This document shows, piece by piece, positions 1 through 14,039 of a stretch of 32,000 nucleotides of DNA. Each line of letters opens with the position of its first letter. Position 1 is the first letter of the stretch. This stretch comes from Wolbachia endosymbiont of Drosophila innubila (GTDB lineage: Bacteria > Pseudomonadota > Alphaproteobacteria > Rickettsiales > Anaplasmataceae): assembly GCF_021378375.1 (NCBI RefSeq), contig NZ_CP076228.1, positions 180,001-212,000 of the forward strand. The letters run 5' to 3'. Made by a program: the position numbers and the translations under genes. The notes under the pieces were generated by a model, which had not been told where the DNA came from, ran no database searches, and worked only from the letters and a program-made list of their open reading frames with translations.

Positions 1-1412
1 GCATCGGCTGTCATACCATCAGATGATGTTACAGCCCTTAAAGCACAAACATATCCATACGTACGACCATCTCCCATAACGCCTACAGTTTTTATTGGTA
101 ATAATACAGCAAAAGCTTGCCATATCTTATCATATAGATCGTAATTTTTCATCGTATTAATATATATTTCATCTACTTCTTGCAATATTTGCACCTTTTC
201 TTTATCGACTTCACTTATAATCCTCACTGCAAGTCCGGGTCCAGGAAATGGATGTTGAAATATTATCTCGTCTGAAAGCCCAATTTCTTTTCCAAGTAGC
301 CTTACCTCATCTTTAAAGAGGTAACGTAAAGGCTCCACTAACTTCAGATTCATCTTTTCTGGCAACCCACCAACATTATGGTGAGACTTAATTGTACTAG
401 TGTTGTCTGAGGCATGCCCTGACTCAACTACATCAGAGTAGATGGTACCTTGCATCAAAAAATCCACATCACCTATTTTTTTTGCTTCTTCTTCAAACAC
501 TTCAATAAAAGTGTTACCGATAATTTTTCGCTTTTCTTCTGGATCAGTTATTCCCTTCAACCTACTCAAAAATAAATTTGATTTATCAACGTAATTTATC
601 GGAATCTCTTTCAACATAGCGATGGTTTGGTTCTTGCGTAACAACCCAGTATCGATAAAAATACAGTTCAATTGTTTTCCTATAGCTTTATGTGTGAGAG
701 CCGCTGCAACGCTTGAATCAACCCCACCACTTACTGCAGCGATTACTTTTTTCTCTCCTACTACATTTTTGATTTTTTCCTTTTGCTCCTCAATAAACGA
801 CTTCATTGTCCAGTCTCTTTTGCAATTTGCAATATCCAAGAAGTTAGAGAGCAATTTACTGCCATTTGTTGTGGGCTTAACCTCAGGATGGAACTGAGTA
901 CAGTAAATCTTCCGCTGTTCGTTGACAATCATTGCAATTGTTTGATTTATCACACCTGATGCGATAACAGTAAACCCCTGTGGTATAGTATCAACACTGT
1001 CCGCATGGTTCATTAATACATCCACTTCAGAATTAACATCCCAGGTATCCTTTACAATGGGGGATTCTTTTAGTATCTTGATTTTAGTTCTACCAAACTC
1101 CTGTTTGAAACTCTCTTTTACTTTTGCTCCAAAATAATGACAAATGAGTTGCTGTCCATAGCATATTCCAAGTATAGGAACGCTTGTTGCCTCATTAAGT
1201 TTTATAATTTCATGTACTACTCTACTTATTTCAGAACAATCATCATTTACAGATTGTGGTCCTCCAGAGAGAATAAACCCATTGAATTTTGATATTGTTT
1301 CAAAACTGATGTTGCTTGGAAATATCTCACAATAAACACCCATTCCTCTTACTTGTCTTGCGATAAGCTGTGTAAACTGTGAACCAAAATCAATAATGGC
1401 AATTGCTGACAA
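1..1412 (-). CDS. guaA: GMP synthase (glutamine-hydrolysing), C-terminus cut by window edge
   Basis: Not in ORF track because its stop lies outside the window. Reverse strand from TTG at 1412 reads [31 protein letters not shown] (class I amidotransferase start). The same frame at the window edge reads [20 protein letters not shown], typical of the GuaA C-terminal dimerisation domain. GGAGGAG lies just upstream of the TTG. Confidence 0.93.
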   Translation of the reverse strand, partial: MSAIAIIDFGSQFTQLIARQVRGMGVYCEIFPSNISFETISKFNGFILSGGPQSVNDDCSEISRVVHEIIKLNEATSVPILGICYGQQLICHYFGAKVKESFKQEFGRTKIKILKESPIVKDTWDVNSEVDVLMNHADSVDTIPQGFTVIASGVINQTIAMIVNEQRKIYCTQFHPEVKPTTNGSKLLSNFLDIANCKRDWTMKSFIEEQKEKIKNVVGEKKVIAAVSGGVDSSVAAALTHKAIGKQLNCIFIDTGLLRKNQTIAMLKEIPINYVDKSNLFLSRLKGITDPEEKRKIIGNTFIEVFEEEAKKIGDVDFLMQGTIYSDVVESGHASDNTSTIKSHHNVGGLPEKMNLKLVEPLRYLFKDEVRLLGKEIGLSDEIIFQHPFPGPGLAVRIISEVDKEKVQILQEVDEIYINTMKNYDLYDKIWQAFAVLLPIKTVGVMGDGRTYGYVCALRAVTSSDGMTAD

Positions 1413-1499
1413 TTTGCTCCTCCATATTATTTAAAATGATATCTGATAATAAAGAAAATAATGGAGTAAGTAAACCAAGACCTGTTTAAAAGCTTTAAC

Positions 1500-1835
1500 G
1501 CGTGGTACAAGTTAGCTATATAGCTAATTTTCCTACACCATACCGCTGCGGCGCTAACTAGTAGCGGAATGACAGCAATCTACGTCATACCGCCGCAGTA
1601 TCTCAGCCGCTAACAAGTAGCGGGATTATCTTCATGCTGCCACGAACCGTCATACCACCGCGAACCGTCATACCGCGATTCATTCGCGGTATCTCAGCCG
1701 CTAACAAGAGATCCCGCTAACAAGCAGCGGGATGACGAGGTATAAACTTTATCGTCATGCCACCGCGAACCGTCATACCGCGATTCATTCGCGGTATCTC
1801 GGCCGCTAACAAGTAGCGGGATGACGATTGTCGTT
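1500..1835. repeat. Cluster of short palindromic dispersed repeats (CGTCATACCGCGATTCATTCGCGGTATCTC...GCTAACAAGTAGCGGGATGACG)
   Basis: The motifs 'accgcgattcattcgcggtatctc' and 'gctaacaagtagcgggatgacg' recur here and at about 22741-23180. 'accgcga...tcgcggt' is an inverted repeat. Confidence 0.85.
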
Positions 1836-2124
1836 TAGCCATAAATATTTAAGAAATTTACCAAATGAAAAAAAAGGCAAAAGAAGCCCCGTAATTGGCT
1901 AATTACTTACATTATACTTTCAAGTATGGCGTTTTTTTATTCTAAACGCTTAATAACCGCGACTCAGCTGCTTTTAAATGCAACTAACCTTAGCTATAAA
2001 TGTTTAAGAAATTTACTAAACAGAAAAAAAGGCAAAAGAAACCCTAGGGTAGCTAGTTATTCACTATCCATTTTTTAAGTTGGCGTTTTTTTATGTTTTA
2101 AACGCTTTATAAGCGCGTTTCAGC
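1836..2124. repeat. Two diverged tandem copies of a ~135-bp non-coding unit, period ~155 bp
   Basis: Copy 1 starts at 1836 (tagccataaatatttaagaaatttac...gaaaaaaaaggcaaaagaa...tggcgtttttttat...aaacgct). Copy 2 starts at 1991 (tagctataaatgtttaagaaatttac...gaaaaaaaggcaaaagaa...tggcgtttttttat...aaacgct). Confidence 0.8.
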
Positions 2125-2355
2125 TTATGTAGGTAGAAGTTTTATAAAGACATAAGGTGCACATAGTGCAAAAAATTAAACATGAGACGCCAGATACGTG
2201 AGTTTTTTTGTCATTTAATCTGTACAGAGAAGATAAATAAATAGCTTCAATTTTATGATAAGAGGGCTGGCGGAGTTTGTCAAGGAAGTTTTTTCGTTTC
2301 TATTCCCAATAAAAGTGCGTTATATGGTTATGCAAGAAGTCTATTTACCCATTTG

Positions 2356-2387
2356 CTTAACTTTCTCTCTACTTTTTCTGAGTAAGG
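2356..2387. mobile_element. Solo remnant of an IS terminal inverted repeat
   Basis: cttaactttctctctactttttctgagtaagg matches the right end of the IS at 13196-14342 (cttaactttctctctactttttctgggtaagg) with one mismatch. Confidence 0.7.
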
Positions 2388-2390
2388 CCG

Positions 2391-4175
2391 CTATTGGCAT
2401 GACAGACATTCATCGTAGTCAATATCTGTTTTTTGTTGCAATATTTCACTTTTTTTGAATATGTCATGCGAGACCTTATCGGCTCTCTGCATTGATTGTG
2501 ATCTGCAGTAATATAAGCTCTTCAATCCTTTTTTCCAAGCAAGCATGTGTATTTTGTGCAAGTAACGTTTATGTACGTTGGCAGGTAAGAACAGATTTAC
2601 TGATTGAGATTGACAAATATACGAAGTTCTATCACTTGCATGTTCTATAATCCATCTTTGGTCAAGCTCGTACGCTGTTTTAAATGTCAATTTTTCATGC
2701 TCACTAAGAAAATCTAAATGCTGAACGGAACCCTCGTTTGTTGAAATTGAAGACCATATTTTATCATTGTCTTGATTTTTTTCTGCTAATAGTTTTTGCA
2801 AGAATTTATTTCGCACTACAAATGAGCCTGTAAGTGTCTTTTGTATGAATACGTTTGCTGCGTATGGTTCTATTCCAGGGGAGGTATTACCTGCAATAAT
2901 GGAGATCGAGGCAGTAGGAGCAATAGCGAGTTTGTGTGTAAACCTTTCCATTAGATCAACTTCTTTGGCATCAGAACATGCTCCCTTTTCTTCTGCTAAT
3001 TTTTTAGAAACTATATCTGCTTGCTCGCGTAAATACTTAAATATTTTTTTATTCCATTGTTGTGCTGTTACTGATTCAAAAGGAACCATTTTGCTTTGTA
3101 AAAATGAGTGAAAGCCCATCACACCAAGACCAATACTGCGTTCTCTGGCTGCAGAATATTTTGCTCGCTGCATTTCATTCGGTGCTTTATTTATGAAATC
3201 TTCCAATACATTATCAAGAAAGCGCATTATATCTTCTATGAAGAGTTTATTGTCTTTCCATTCTTCGTAGTACTCAAGGTTTACGGATGATAGACAACAC
3301 ACAGCAGTGCGTGACTTATTCAGGTGATCATAACCTGTGGTTAAAGTTATTTCACTGCATAGATTTGACATCTTGATGTCTAAGTTGAGCTTTTTGTAAG
3401 ATTCTGGCTTATTGTTATTTGTTGCATCAAGGAAAATAATGTAAGGTTCTCCAGTTTCAACTCTTGCTGTTAATATTTTGATCCATATATCCCGCGCTTT
3501 TACAGTTGAAATAACCTTATTGTTGTGAGGGCTTATTAAATTCCATTCTTGATCATTCTCAACAGCCTGCATAAATTTATCTGTTATTATTACAGCATGA
3601 TGTATATTTAACGCTTTGCGATTTGGGTCACCGCCTGTTGGCTTGCGTAAATCTAGAAACTCTTCTATCTCCGGATGAGATACAGGAAGGTAGACTGCTG
3701 AACTTCCTCGCCTTAGGGATCCCTGACTAATTGCAAGTGTTAGAGCATTTTGCACTACAATAAATGGAACAATTCCTGATGTTTTGCCGCTACCCTTTAC
3801 GCTTTCGCCTATTGAGCGTAAATTTCCCCAATAACTACCTATGCCTCCTCCACGTGCAGCAAGCCAAACATTTTCGTTCCATAGATCAACTATTCCCTGC
3901 AAGCTGTCTTCGGTTTCATTAAGAAAGCAAGAGATAGGTAACCCTCTCTTAGTGCCACCATTGCTGAGTATTGGTGTTGAAGGCATGAACCACAAGTTGC
4001 TCATGTAGTCATAAAGACGCTGCGCATGTTCTTTATTATCAGAATAGTAATTAGCAATACGTGCAAAGAGGTCTTGATAACTTTCATTTTCTATTAAATA
4101 CCTGTCTGATAGAACTGCTTTTCCAAAGTCGGTTAATTTGCTGTCCTTTGCGTAATTAATGGTAATGTTATTCAT
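2391..4175 (-). CDS. nrdA: Ribonucleoside-diphosphate reductase alpha (large) subunit
   Basis: 594-aa ORF with LTDFGKAVLSDRYL, FMPSTPILSNGG, ISCFLNETEDS, SSVNLEYY and TAPTASISIIAGNTSPGIEPYAAN-type motifs and a C-terminal CLSCQ cysteine pair. nrdB is also in the window. Confidence 0.93.
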   Translation of the reverse strand: MNNITINYAKDSKLTDFGKAVLSDRYLIENESYQDLFARIANYYSDNKEHAQRLYDYMSNLWFMPSTPILSNGGTKRGLPISCFLNETEDSLQGIVDLWNENVWLAARGGGIGSYWGNLRSIGESVKGSGKTSGIVPFIVVQNALTLAISQGSLRRGSSAVYLPVSHPEIEEFLDLRKPTGGDPNRKALNIHHAVIITDKFMQAVENDQEWNLISPHNNKVISTVKARDIWIKILTARVETGEPYIIFLDATNNNKPESYKKLNLDIKMSNLCSEITLTTGYDHLNKSRTAVCCLSSVNLEYYEEWKDNKLFIEDIMRFLDNVLEDFINKAPNEMQRAKYSAARERSIGLGVMGFHSFLQSKMVPFESVTAQQWNKKIFKYLREQADIVSKKLAEEKGACSDAKEVDLMERFTHKLAIAPTASISIIAGNTSPGIEPYAANVFIQKTLTGSFVVRNKFLQKLLAEKNQDNDKIWSSISTNEGSVQHLDFLSEHEKLTFKTAYELDQRWIIEHASDRTSYICQSQSVNLFLPANVHKRYLHKIHMLAWKKGLKSLYYCRSQSMQRADKVSHDIFKKSEILQQKTDIDYDECLSCQ

Positions 4176-4250
4176 AAAGTTCCTTTTATTCTTTTATTAT
4201 ATATAGGTACTTAAAAGTCATAGGTACTTAAAAGTCATTTTGAGCGATTT

Positions 4251-5282
4251 TTAAGTTAGGTTTTTCGGATTTTTTTGTTGATGCTGTAATGCAAACAAGA
4301 TACCGTCAACCTGACTGCCATATATTTTACAGTAACTCATATAACTTATTTGCATATTTATTTCTTTTGCAACATGTTGAACATAACTTTCTGAGTGACG
4401 AAAATAGTCTCCTTTGTTTACAAAGTCAATACCTTCACCTTCCTTTCTTCTTATTAAACATACAATAATTCCTTTTTTGCTCGTAGATCTTTTTGCTAAT
4501 TCCAACTCTTCTTGAAAGTCATGTAGATAATGTAGCACTTCAGCAAAGATAATTACATCATACTGCTGGTTTTTCTCTTGTTTAAGAAACTCTTTCATTT
4601 CCATATGTATTAATTCATTGTAAACAGGCTTACCTTTTATAAAGCATCCTCTTGCGATATTTAGCATTCTACTTGAAATGTCAATTCCTGTTATATGGTT
4701 TCCAATACTATTTATTTTCAAGAAATGACCACATATTCCAGTTCCACAACCAAGGTCGAGTATATTGAGCTCAGAAGTGGAGTTGTTGAAGATTTTTGTA
4801 ATTATCATGTGTACAAGTTCATGCCCTCTATATTGTTTGGCAATCAACCAATGCTCAACAAAATATTCACCTGTGTAATCAAAATATTGTCTTATGAGGT
4901 TTTTTGGCAATTCTGTAATAGGCGCTGAGTTTGTCATTTTTTTTATATAGTAAGACGCCTCCTCGTGGTCATTATCTAATTTTAGTGCCCTTGTTAAATA
5001 ATTATAAGCTTTGTTAGTATTCCCTACCGCAAAATGACACCTTCCGATGTTATACCAGACTATAGGTAAATGGGGGTAAAATATGCTAATTAACCAAAAT
5101 CGTAACTTTGCATCTGATATGCTATCCTTATAAAAGTGATGTAAACCGATTTCAATGTTGGTGTTTAACAGGTTCTTAGATTTTTTAAGAAGCACTGTCA
5201 TTTCTTTATGAAGAGTATTATATTTATTCACAATGAAGTGTTTTACTTTCTTAATATTTAATACGCCAATGAGCTTAGACAT
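4251..5282 (-). CDS. TPR-repeat + SAM-dependent methyltransferase domain protein
   Basis: N-terminal TPR-like segment (PIVWYNIGRCHFAVGNTNKAYNYLTRALKLDNDHEEASYYI) followed by methyltransferase motif I (LNILDLGCGTGICGHFL) and GIDISSRMLNIA. Confidence 0.82.
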   Translation of the reverse strand: MSKLIGVLNIKKVKHFIVNKYNTLHKEMTVLLKKSKNLLNTNIEIGLHHFYKDSISDAKLRFWLISIFYPHLPIVWYNIGRCHFAVGNTNKAYNYLTRALKLDNDHEEASYYIKKMTNSAPITELPKNLIRQYFDYTGEYFVEHWLIAKQYRGHELVHMIITKIFNNSTSELNILDLGCGTGICGHFLKINSIGNHITGIDISSRMLNIARGCFIKGKPVYNELIHMEMKEFLKQEKNQQYDVIIFAEVLHYLHDFQEELELAKRSTSKKGIIVCLIRRKEGEGIDFVNKGDYFRHSESYVQHVAKEINMQISYMSYCKIYGSQVDGILFALQHQQKNPKNLT

Positions 5283-5519
5283 ACAATTTAAAGCAACGTT
5301 TTTATAAAAGAGAGATTACTTTTCATACGTTAGAAATACTCCGAATGTTTATTATCATTTTTAGGCAATTGATTTTAACACATTTTATCTTACAAAATAT
5401 CTTTTTTATTAATTTTTACTGTATATATAAGTTTACCACATATTTCTCAGATTATACTGTTTAGGATTGCTAGTATATTGTTGTTGATAATATAAGTAAA
5501 TGTTTTGTGCAAAAAGGCG

Positions 5520-5548
5520 TTGACATATTATTTATTAGGTTATAACAT
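5520..5548 (+). promoter_or_regulatory. Putative sigma70-type promoter upstream of the 23S gene
   Basis: TTGACA (5520-5525), 17-nt spacer, TAACAT (5543-5548), with an overlapping TATAAC; about 120 nt upstream of the 23S start. Confidence 0.5.
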
Positions 5549-5664
5549 ATAAAAGATTAATTTAGTTTTTAGATGTTTGACAAGTTTTATGGTAGAGATT
5601 AATTTAATCTCAATTCAATTTTAATAATATTTAACTCTGCATATTCTGCATATAGTCGGATAAA

Positions 5665-8432
<2,768 letters not shown>

Positions 8433-8491
8433 ATATGTGTGTATGCAGTGTTAAATATTAAGTTAAAATTGTTAAGTTAGAAATTTTTATT

Positions 8492-8601
8492 GACTTGGTG
8501 GCTATAGCAAAAATGAACCACCCGATCTCATCTCGAACTCGGAAGTGAAACTTTTTAGCGCTGATGGTACTTGAAAAGGGAGAGTAGGTCGCCGCCAAGT
8601 T
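8492..8601 (+). rRNA. rrf: 5S ribosomal RNA
   Basis: gacttggtggctatagcaaaaatgaaccacccgatctcatctcgaactcggaagtgaaac...agagtaggtcgccgccaagt; terminal stem ACTTGG/CCAAGT; about 60 nt downstream of the 23S. Confidence 0.93.
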
Positions 8602-8685
8602 TATAAAAATTTCTTTGTTAATTAGACAGTAGGTATACTTATATTTTAACTTTCTTGTTTTGTTACTATTCTTTAAGTTTTTACT

Positions 8686-8949
8686 TTAACTACGATATCT
8701 TTTTTTTCTTATATGTTCTTGGTCATTTTCTACATTATTTAGCATTGTTCCTACTTCCCCTAATTGATTCCCTTTTGAAGGAGAATTACTGACTTCTGGT
8801 AATATTACATTACCTCCCACTTTTTTAAATAATTCTTCTTGTTGGCGAAATGCTGACCTCCAATCTGTTCCTGTTCCTTTAGGAAGAAATAAGAATTGAT
8901 ACATCTGACCAAAGCCTGTGTTATTTACCTCTTTTATATGCTCTACCAT
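8686..8949 (-). CDS. Hypothetical small protein (87 aa)
   Basis: Open frame in the ORF track in an intergenic region between 5S and rnpA. No recognisable domain. Confidence 0.35.
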   Translation of the reverse strand: MVEHIKEVNNTGFGQMYQFLFLPKGTGTDWRSAFRQQEELFKKVGGNVILPEVSNSPSKGNQLGEVGTMLNNVENDQEHIRKKRYRS

Positions 8950-9034
8950 TCACCACACCCATTAACTATTTTTAAAAATTTTACCTATATTATCATAAAA
9001 AATATAGTTGTAAATACCTTAATTGAGATTTTTT

Positions 9035-9387
9035 TTATTTTATCTTTTTTAAGCAAATAGTTAGATCTTTTTGTAAATTTTTATAACTTGCTTGCATAAT
9101 GTTTCTATGAGTTAGTATTATGTAGTAGTGCCCTATATTACTTATATTTAAAATGCTAATTTTAGCAAGCATTCGTAGTTGCCTTTTTATTTTATTTCTT
9201 TTTGCTGCTTTTCCGGTTTTTTTACTGATAGCCAGACCTACTCTAATAGTATGAATGTACTTTTCAGGTTCTCTTTCTTTTATAGCGTACAGTGATATAT
9301 AAAGCCCACGATAAAAAAGACTGTTGAGTGCTAACTTATTTTTGAAAGCAGAAGAAAAATCTTTTTTTTTATACTTACTATGCGCAT
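9035..9387 (-). CDS. rnpA: Ribonuclease P protein component, interrupted by an apparent frameshift at an A9 tract near its 5' end
   Basis: Reverse strand reads ...[111 protein letters not shown]. The [23 protein letters not shown] block is the RnpA signature. Directly downstream of rpmH. The apparent ATG (9387) is in a different frame from the domain. See findings. Confidence 0.88.
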
Positions 9388-9512
9388 AATTTGTTACACC
9401 CTAATGAACGGCGCCTATTAAGGATTTTTCTTCCAGCTCTTGTTGCCATACGTGAACGAAATCCGTGTCTGCGCTTTCTTATCAAATTTTTTGGTTGAAA
9501 TGTTCTCTTCAT
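9378..9512 (-). CDS. rpmH: 50S ribosomal protein L34
   Basis: 44-aa ORF below the track's length cutoff: [44 protein letters not shown]. Canonical L34, with canonical rpmH-rnpA order. Confidence 0.96.
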   Translation of the reverse strand: MKRTFQPKNLIRKRRHGFRSRMATRAGRKILNRRRSLGCNKLCA

Positions 9513-9604
9513 TGTTTTTATATTAATATAATTATTTATTTTAAATTGTTTTACTTTATTGTCAAATAATGGTGAACTTGTATGACATTTTCGTAGAATA
9601 AAAT

Positions 9605-10708
9605 TTGATGCATGGAAGAATGAATTCGGTGATAGTCATACCTGTCTTACTAATCCTTTTATTTTGTTTTAGTAGGTTTCAAGAAGTAAATAAGGTTAAA
9701 TCTTATCTATATCTTAGTTGTGTATGGATGCTAACTTGGTTGTTAGTATTCTATAATAATTGTTTTGTAACTTTTATTTCTATAGCGTTACTTTTTTTCA
9801 TGCTTGCTTTTATCTTTAAAAATAAAAGAAATAAGATAATAAAACTTTCGTTATTTGTGGCTTTGGCCATATCATTTTTTATCACTTTATTTATAATGCT
9901 GTCTATTTTTATTCAATCCATTAGTTTTTTTAATAAAGTAGCTATTTCAGAATTCTTGTTTTGCTTGAAATGGGGCCACAATGTAGTCACTATCAATGAA
10001 GAGAAGATAGGATGTTTTGGTATAGCGCCGCTTTTAGTTGGTACATTACTTATAACTATTATAGCAATGTTAGTTGTCGTTCCGCTTGGTTTATTTTCTG
10101 CAATATATATTAGTGAATATGCGAGTGAGAAAGTGCGTTATATTGTTAATACAACTTTGCAAGTTTTGTCTGCTATTCCTACGGTTGTATATGGATATTT
10201 CGCGGTTGTGTTTTTGTCTTTCTTTATAAAGCAGGTAGCAAATTTTTTTGGTTTAAGTATACACTCAGAAAGTGCCTTAGTTGCCGGTTTATCGATTGGG
10301 ATAATGATTCTTCCTTTTATTATTTCTTTACTCGAAGATGCCATAAGATCTGTTCCAAAAAGCTTGCGTTATGGCTTCATGGCACTTGGTGCAACTCCAG
10401 CGGAAACTATATGGCATATAACAATACCTTATGCAATGCCTACAATTTTAAGTGCAATTTTATTGTCAATTTCAAGAGTGATAGGTGAAACAATGATTGT
10501 GCTAATGGCTGTGGGAATCAACGCAAATTTGACTTTTAACCCTCTTAATTCAGTTACTACCATTACCGTGCAGATCGCTACATTACTTACCGGAGATCAG
10601 GATTTCAATAGTGTACAAACTCTTGCTGCTTATGCGCTTAGTTTAGTATTGTTTATTATTACTTGGCTATTAAATGCATTTGCATTGTTTGTAATGAAGC
10701 GTAACTAG
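9605..10708 (+). CDS. pstA: Phosphate ABC transporter permease PstA (start probably ATG at 9620 rather than TTG at 9605)
   Basis: C-terminal half carries the PstA/BPD permease pattern: [75 protein letters not shown]. Confidence 0.88.
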   Translation: MMHGRMNSVIVIPVLLILLFCFSRFQEVNKVKSYLYLSCVWMLTWLLVFYNNCFVTFISIALLFFMLAFIFKNKRNKIIKLSLFVALAISFFITLFIMLSIFIQSISFFNKVAISEFLFCLKWGHNVVTINEEKIGCFGIAPLLVGTLLITIIAMLVVVPLGLFSAIYISEYASEKVRYIVNTTLQVLSAIPTVVYGYFAVVFLSFFIKQVANFFGLSIHSESALVAGLSIGIMILPFIISLLEDAIRSVPKSLRYGFMALGATPAETIWHITIPYAMPTILSAILLSISRVIGETMIVLMAVGINANLTFNPLNSVTTITVQIATLLTGDQDFNSVQTLAAYALSLVLFIITWLLNAFALFVMKRN

Positions 10709-10764
10709 TAAGCGTTTTAATGTTGCAAAATTTCTATTAATAATATAAAATTTATTTTCTTTAG

Positions 10765-12237
<1,473 letters not shown>

Positions 12238-12249
12238 AAGTTAAAGATT

Positions 12250-12594
12250 ATGAATACTTTTAAAGTGCGATTTTTCTCTCCTGATGATCAAATTTCATTC
12301 AGTGGAGTGGTTTCTCTTTCAGTAACTGGGCTCGAAGGGGAGCTTATGATTTTAGCTCACCATGCTCCTTACTTAATTTATTTATTGCCTGGTATGATTA
12401 CTGTTAAAATGAGTAACCAAACAGAAAAGAAGGTTGTAATTGATAGTGGCGTATTAGAAGTTGCAAATAATAATTGTAGCATTATAACAAGTCAAATTCA
12501 GGTTTTTGATCGTGCAATTCATGATGAGAAATCGTTTAAAAATAAGAGAATTAGTATATATTTAAGTTATCTTGATGAGAAGTTTCTTTCTTAG
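12250..12594 (+). CDS. atpC: F1F0 ATP synthase epsilon subunit
   Basis: 12 bp downstream of atpD; KVRFFSPDDQISFSGVVSLSVTGLEGELMILAHHAPYL is an AtpC N-terminal pattern. Confidence 0.88.
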   Translation: MNTFKVRFFSPDDQISFSGVVSLSVTGLEGELMILAHHAPYLIYLLPGMITVKMSNQTEKKVVIDSGVLEVANNNCSIITSQIQVFDRAIHDEKSFKNKRISIYLSYLDEKFLS

Positions 12595-12671
12595 TTATTT
12601 TAGGCAAAAAGTCAATTATCATTCAAGTGGCTATAAGATTTTTGCTCAGGGGGCTCTTTTTTGTCATCCCA

Positions 12672-12730
12672 GAAACCCCGGGGTGTCATCCCAGTGTCGG
12701 AGTACTTTAGGTGTATGATCCCAGAGTGTG
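12672..12730. repeat. Dispersed repeat fragments of the GTCATCCCAG...CTGGGATGAC family
   Basis: 'gtcatcccagaaaccccggggtgtcatcccagtgtcgg' shares its core with sequences at about 19853, 22905-23068 and 28926-28987. Confidence 0.65.
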
Positions 12731-12979
12731 ATGGTATGGGACCATACACCTAATCAAATAAAAATTAAAGAAGGAGAGTTGGTTGTAACGGTTGGAGATA
12801 ACGACTTTGTTTTACCTGGAATTTACGTTGGATAAACTACAAAAAATAACAGGTAAAAATCAACGTAAATTTAAGATAAATCGATTTTATTAGTATTATT
12901 AAATCAAAATCTGTTTTTAATTAATCAATAATACTTTTTACATATTTTCATCCCCTTTCATGGATTTTTAATTTTATAG

Positions 12980-13198
12980 ATGATATCTAATATTATTAGA
13001 AGCATTGTAAAATATCTTATGAGAAAAGTTATAAAATATATTAGCATTATTGGTATTGCATGTTTAGTATTGTTATTTTTTATATCTAATGTGGAAACAC
13101 GCGTAAAAACACAGGAAGAACAATTATTCCTAGCTGTAGAAGATGGTAATGCACAAGAAGTAAAACTATTACTCAAAAATGGTGCAGACCCAAATTGA
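12980..13198 (+). pseudogene. Ankyrin-repeat protein gene truncated by an IS element (N-terminal stub only)
   Basis: 72 aa: hydrophobic N-terminus (IIGIACLVLLFFI) then EEQLFLAVEDGNAQEVKLLLKNGADPN. The stop TGA is the first three bases of the IS terminal repeat. Confidence 0.75.
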
Positions 13199-13539
13199 CC
13201 TTACCCAGAAAAAGTAGAGAGAAAGTTAAGACGTTTTTATCATGAGAATAAATTGTGCAGGAATGCAATAGTTAATAGTAGAATGTCTACGTTATTTGTT
13301 ATAAAAGATTTCTATGTATTCAAATATGGCAGTTCTGGTTTGTTGAGCGAGAAGTATCAATAAGCAGCTCCCTTTTAAGTGAACTTTTCTGCAACAGAGT
13401 TATCGTAACAACAGCCCTTATGGCTCATGCTGGAAATGATGTTTTTTGTATTCAATAGAAATTGGTAATTTTGAGAGGTATACTGTGACCCTTGATCGCT
13501 ATGTAACAGCAGATTTTTATCGGGTTTGCGTTTATCAAC

Positions 13540-14000
13540 GGCCATCAATAAAGAATCTATAACTAATTATCATGTTACTCATTAACCACCATGCGTGAAT
13601 ATAGGTCAATTATTGCCGCCAACAACCTTCTTTAGTTTTTATGTAGGTAATCCCAAACTTTATTTGGCTGATCAGTAGTAAAATTTTGATCCAATGTGTT
13701 CGGAGCCACAACTCGGTTGCTTATTTGCTGTTTTTTATTTTTGAACCTTCGTCTAAACTTGGCTTTAATGCCATTTTCTTGCATAACACTTTGTACTGTT
13801 TTAATTTTTGCCTAAAGCTTTTAATTCAGCGTGAATTTTAGGGGCTCCATATCTGCATTTAGAAGCTTGATGTATTTTTTGAATATCTGCTAGAAGCCCT
13901 TCTTTTGCTAATTCTTTACTGCTTTTTTCCTTAGCAACCCATACCACCAGTACAAAACCCTACATAGTTCCTGTGTTTTATAGCAATTTCTATATAAAAG
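13540..14000 (-). pseudogene. IS3-family OrfB-like (DDE integrase) remnant, several frameshifts
   Basis: Reverse-strand pieces in changing frames: HQASKCRYGAPKIHAELKAL, TVQSVMQENGIKAKFRRRFKNKKQQISNRVVAPNTLDQNFTTDQPNKVW, AAIIDLYSRMVV. Boundaries approximate. Confidence 0.65.
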
Positions 14001-14039
14001 AATACTTTACTCTTTTTCTTTGCCCAGGGCTTTTTTTAA

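Noticed and set aside
1500-1835. Possible CRISPR array because of recurring short palindromic units
   Set aside because: Spacing is irregular, units are joined head to tail with variable truncation, there are no unique equal-length spacers and no cas genes. It fits dispersed palindromic repeats.
2255-2458. ORF 2255..2458 (+), 67 aa
   Set aside because: It runs through the IS-end remnant and overlaps the nrdA 3' end in antisense; no protein signature.
12958-13176. Minus-strand 72-aa ORF opposite the ankyrin stub
   Set aside because: The plus strand carries the recognisable ankyrin repeat; the minus frame is a shadow.
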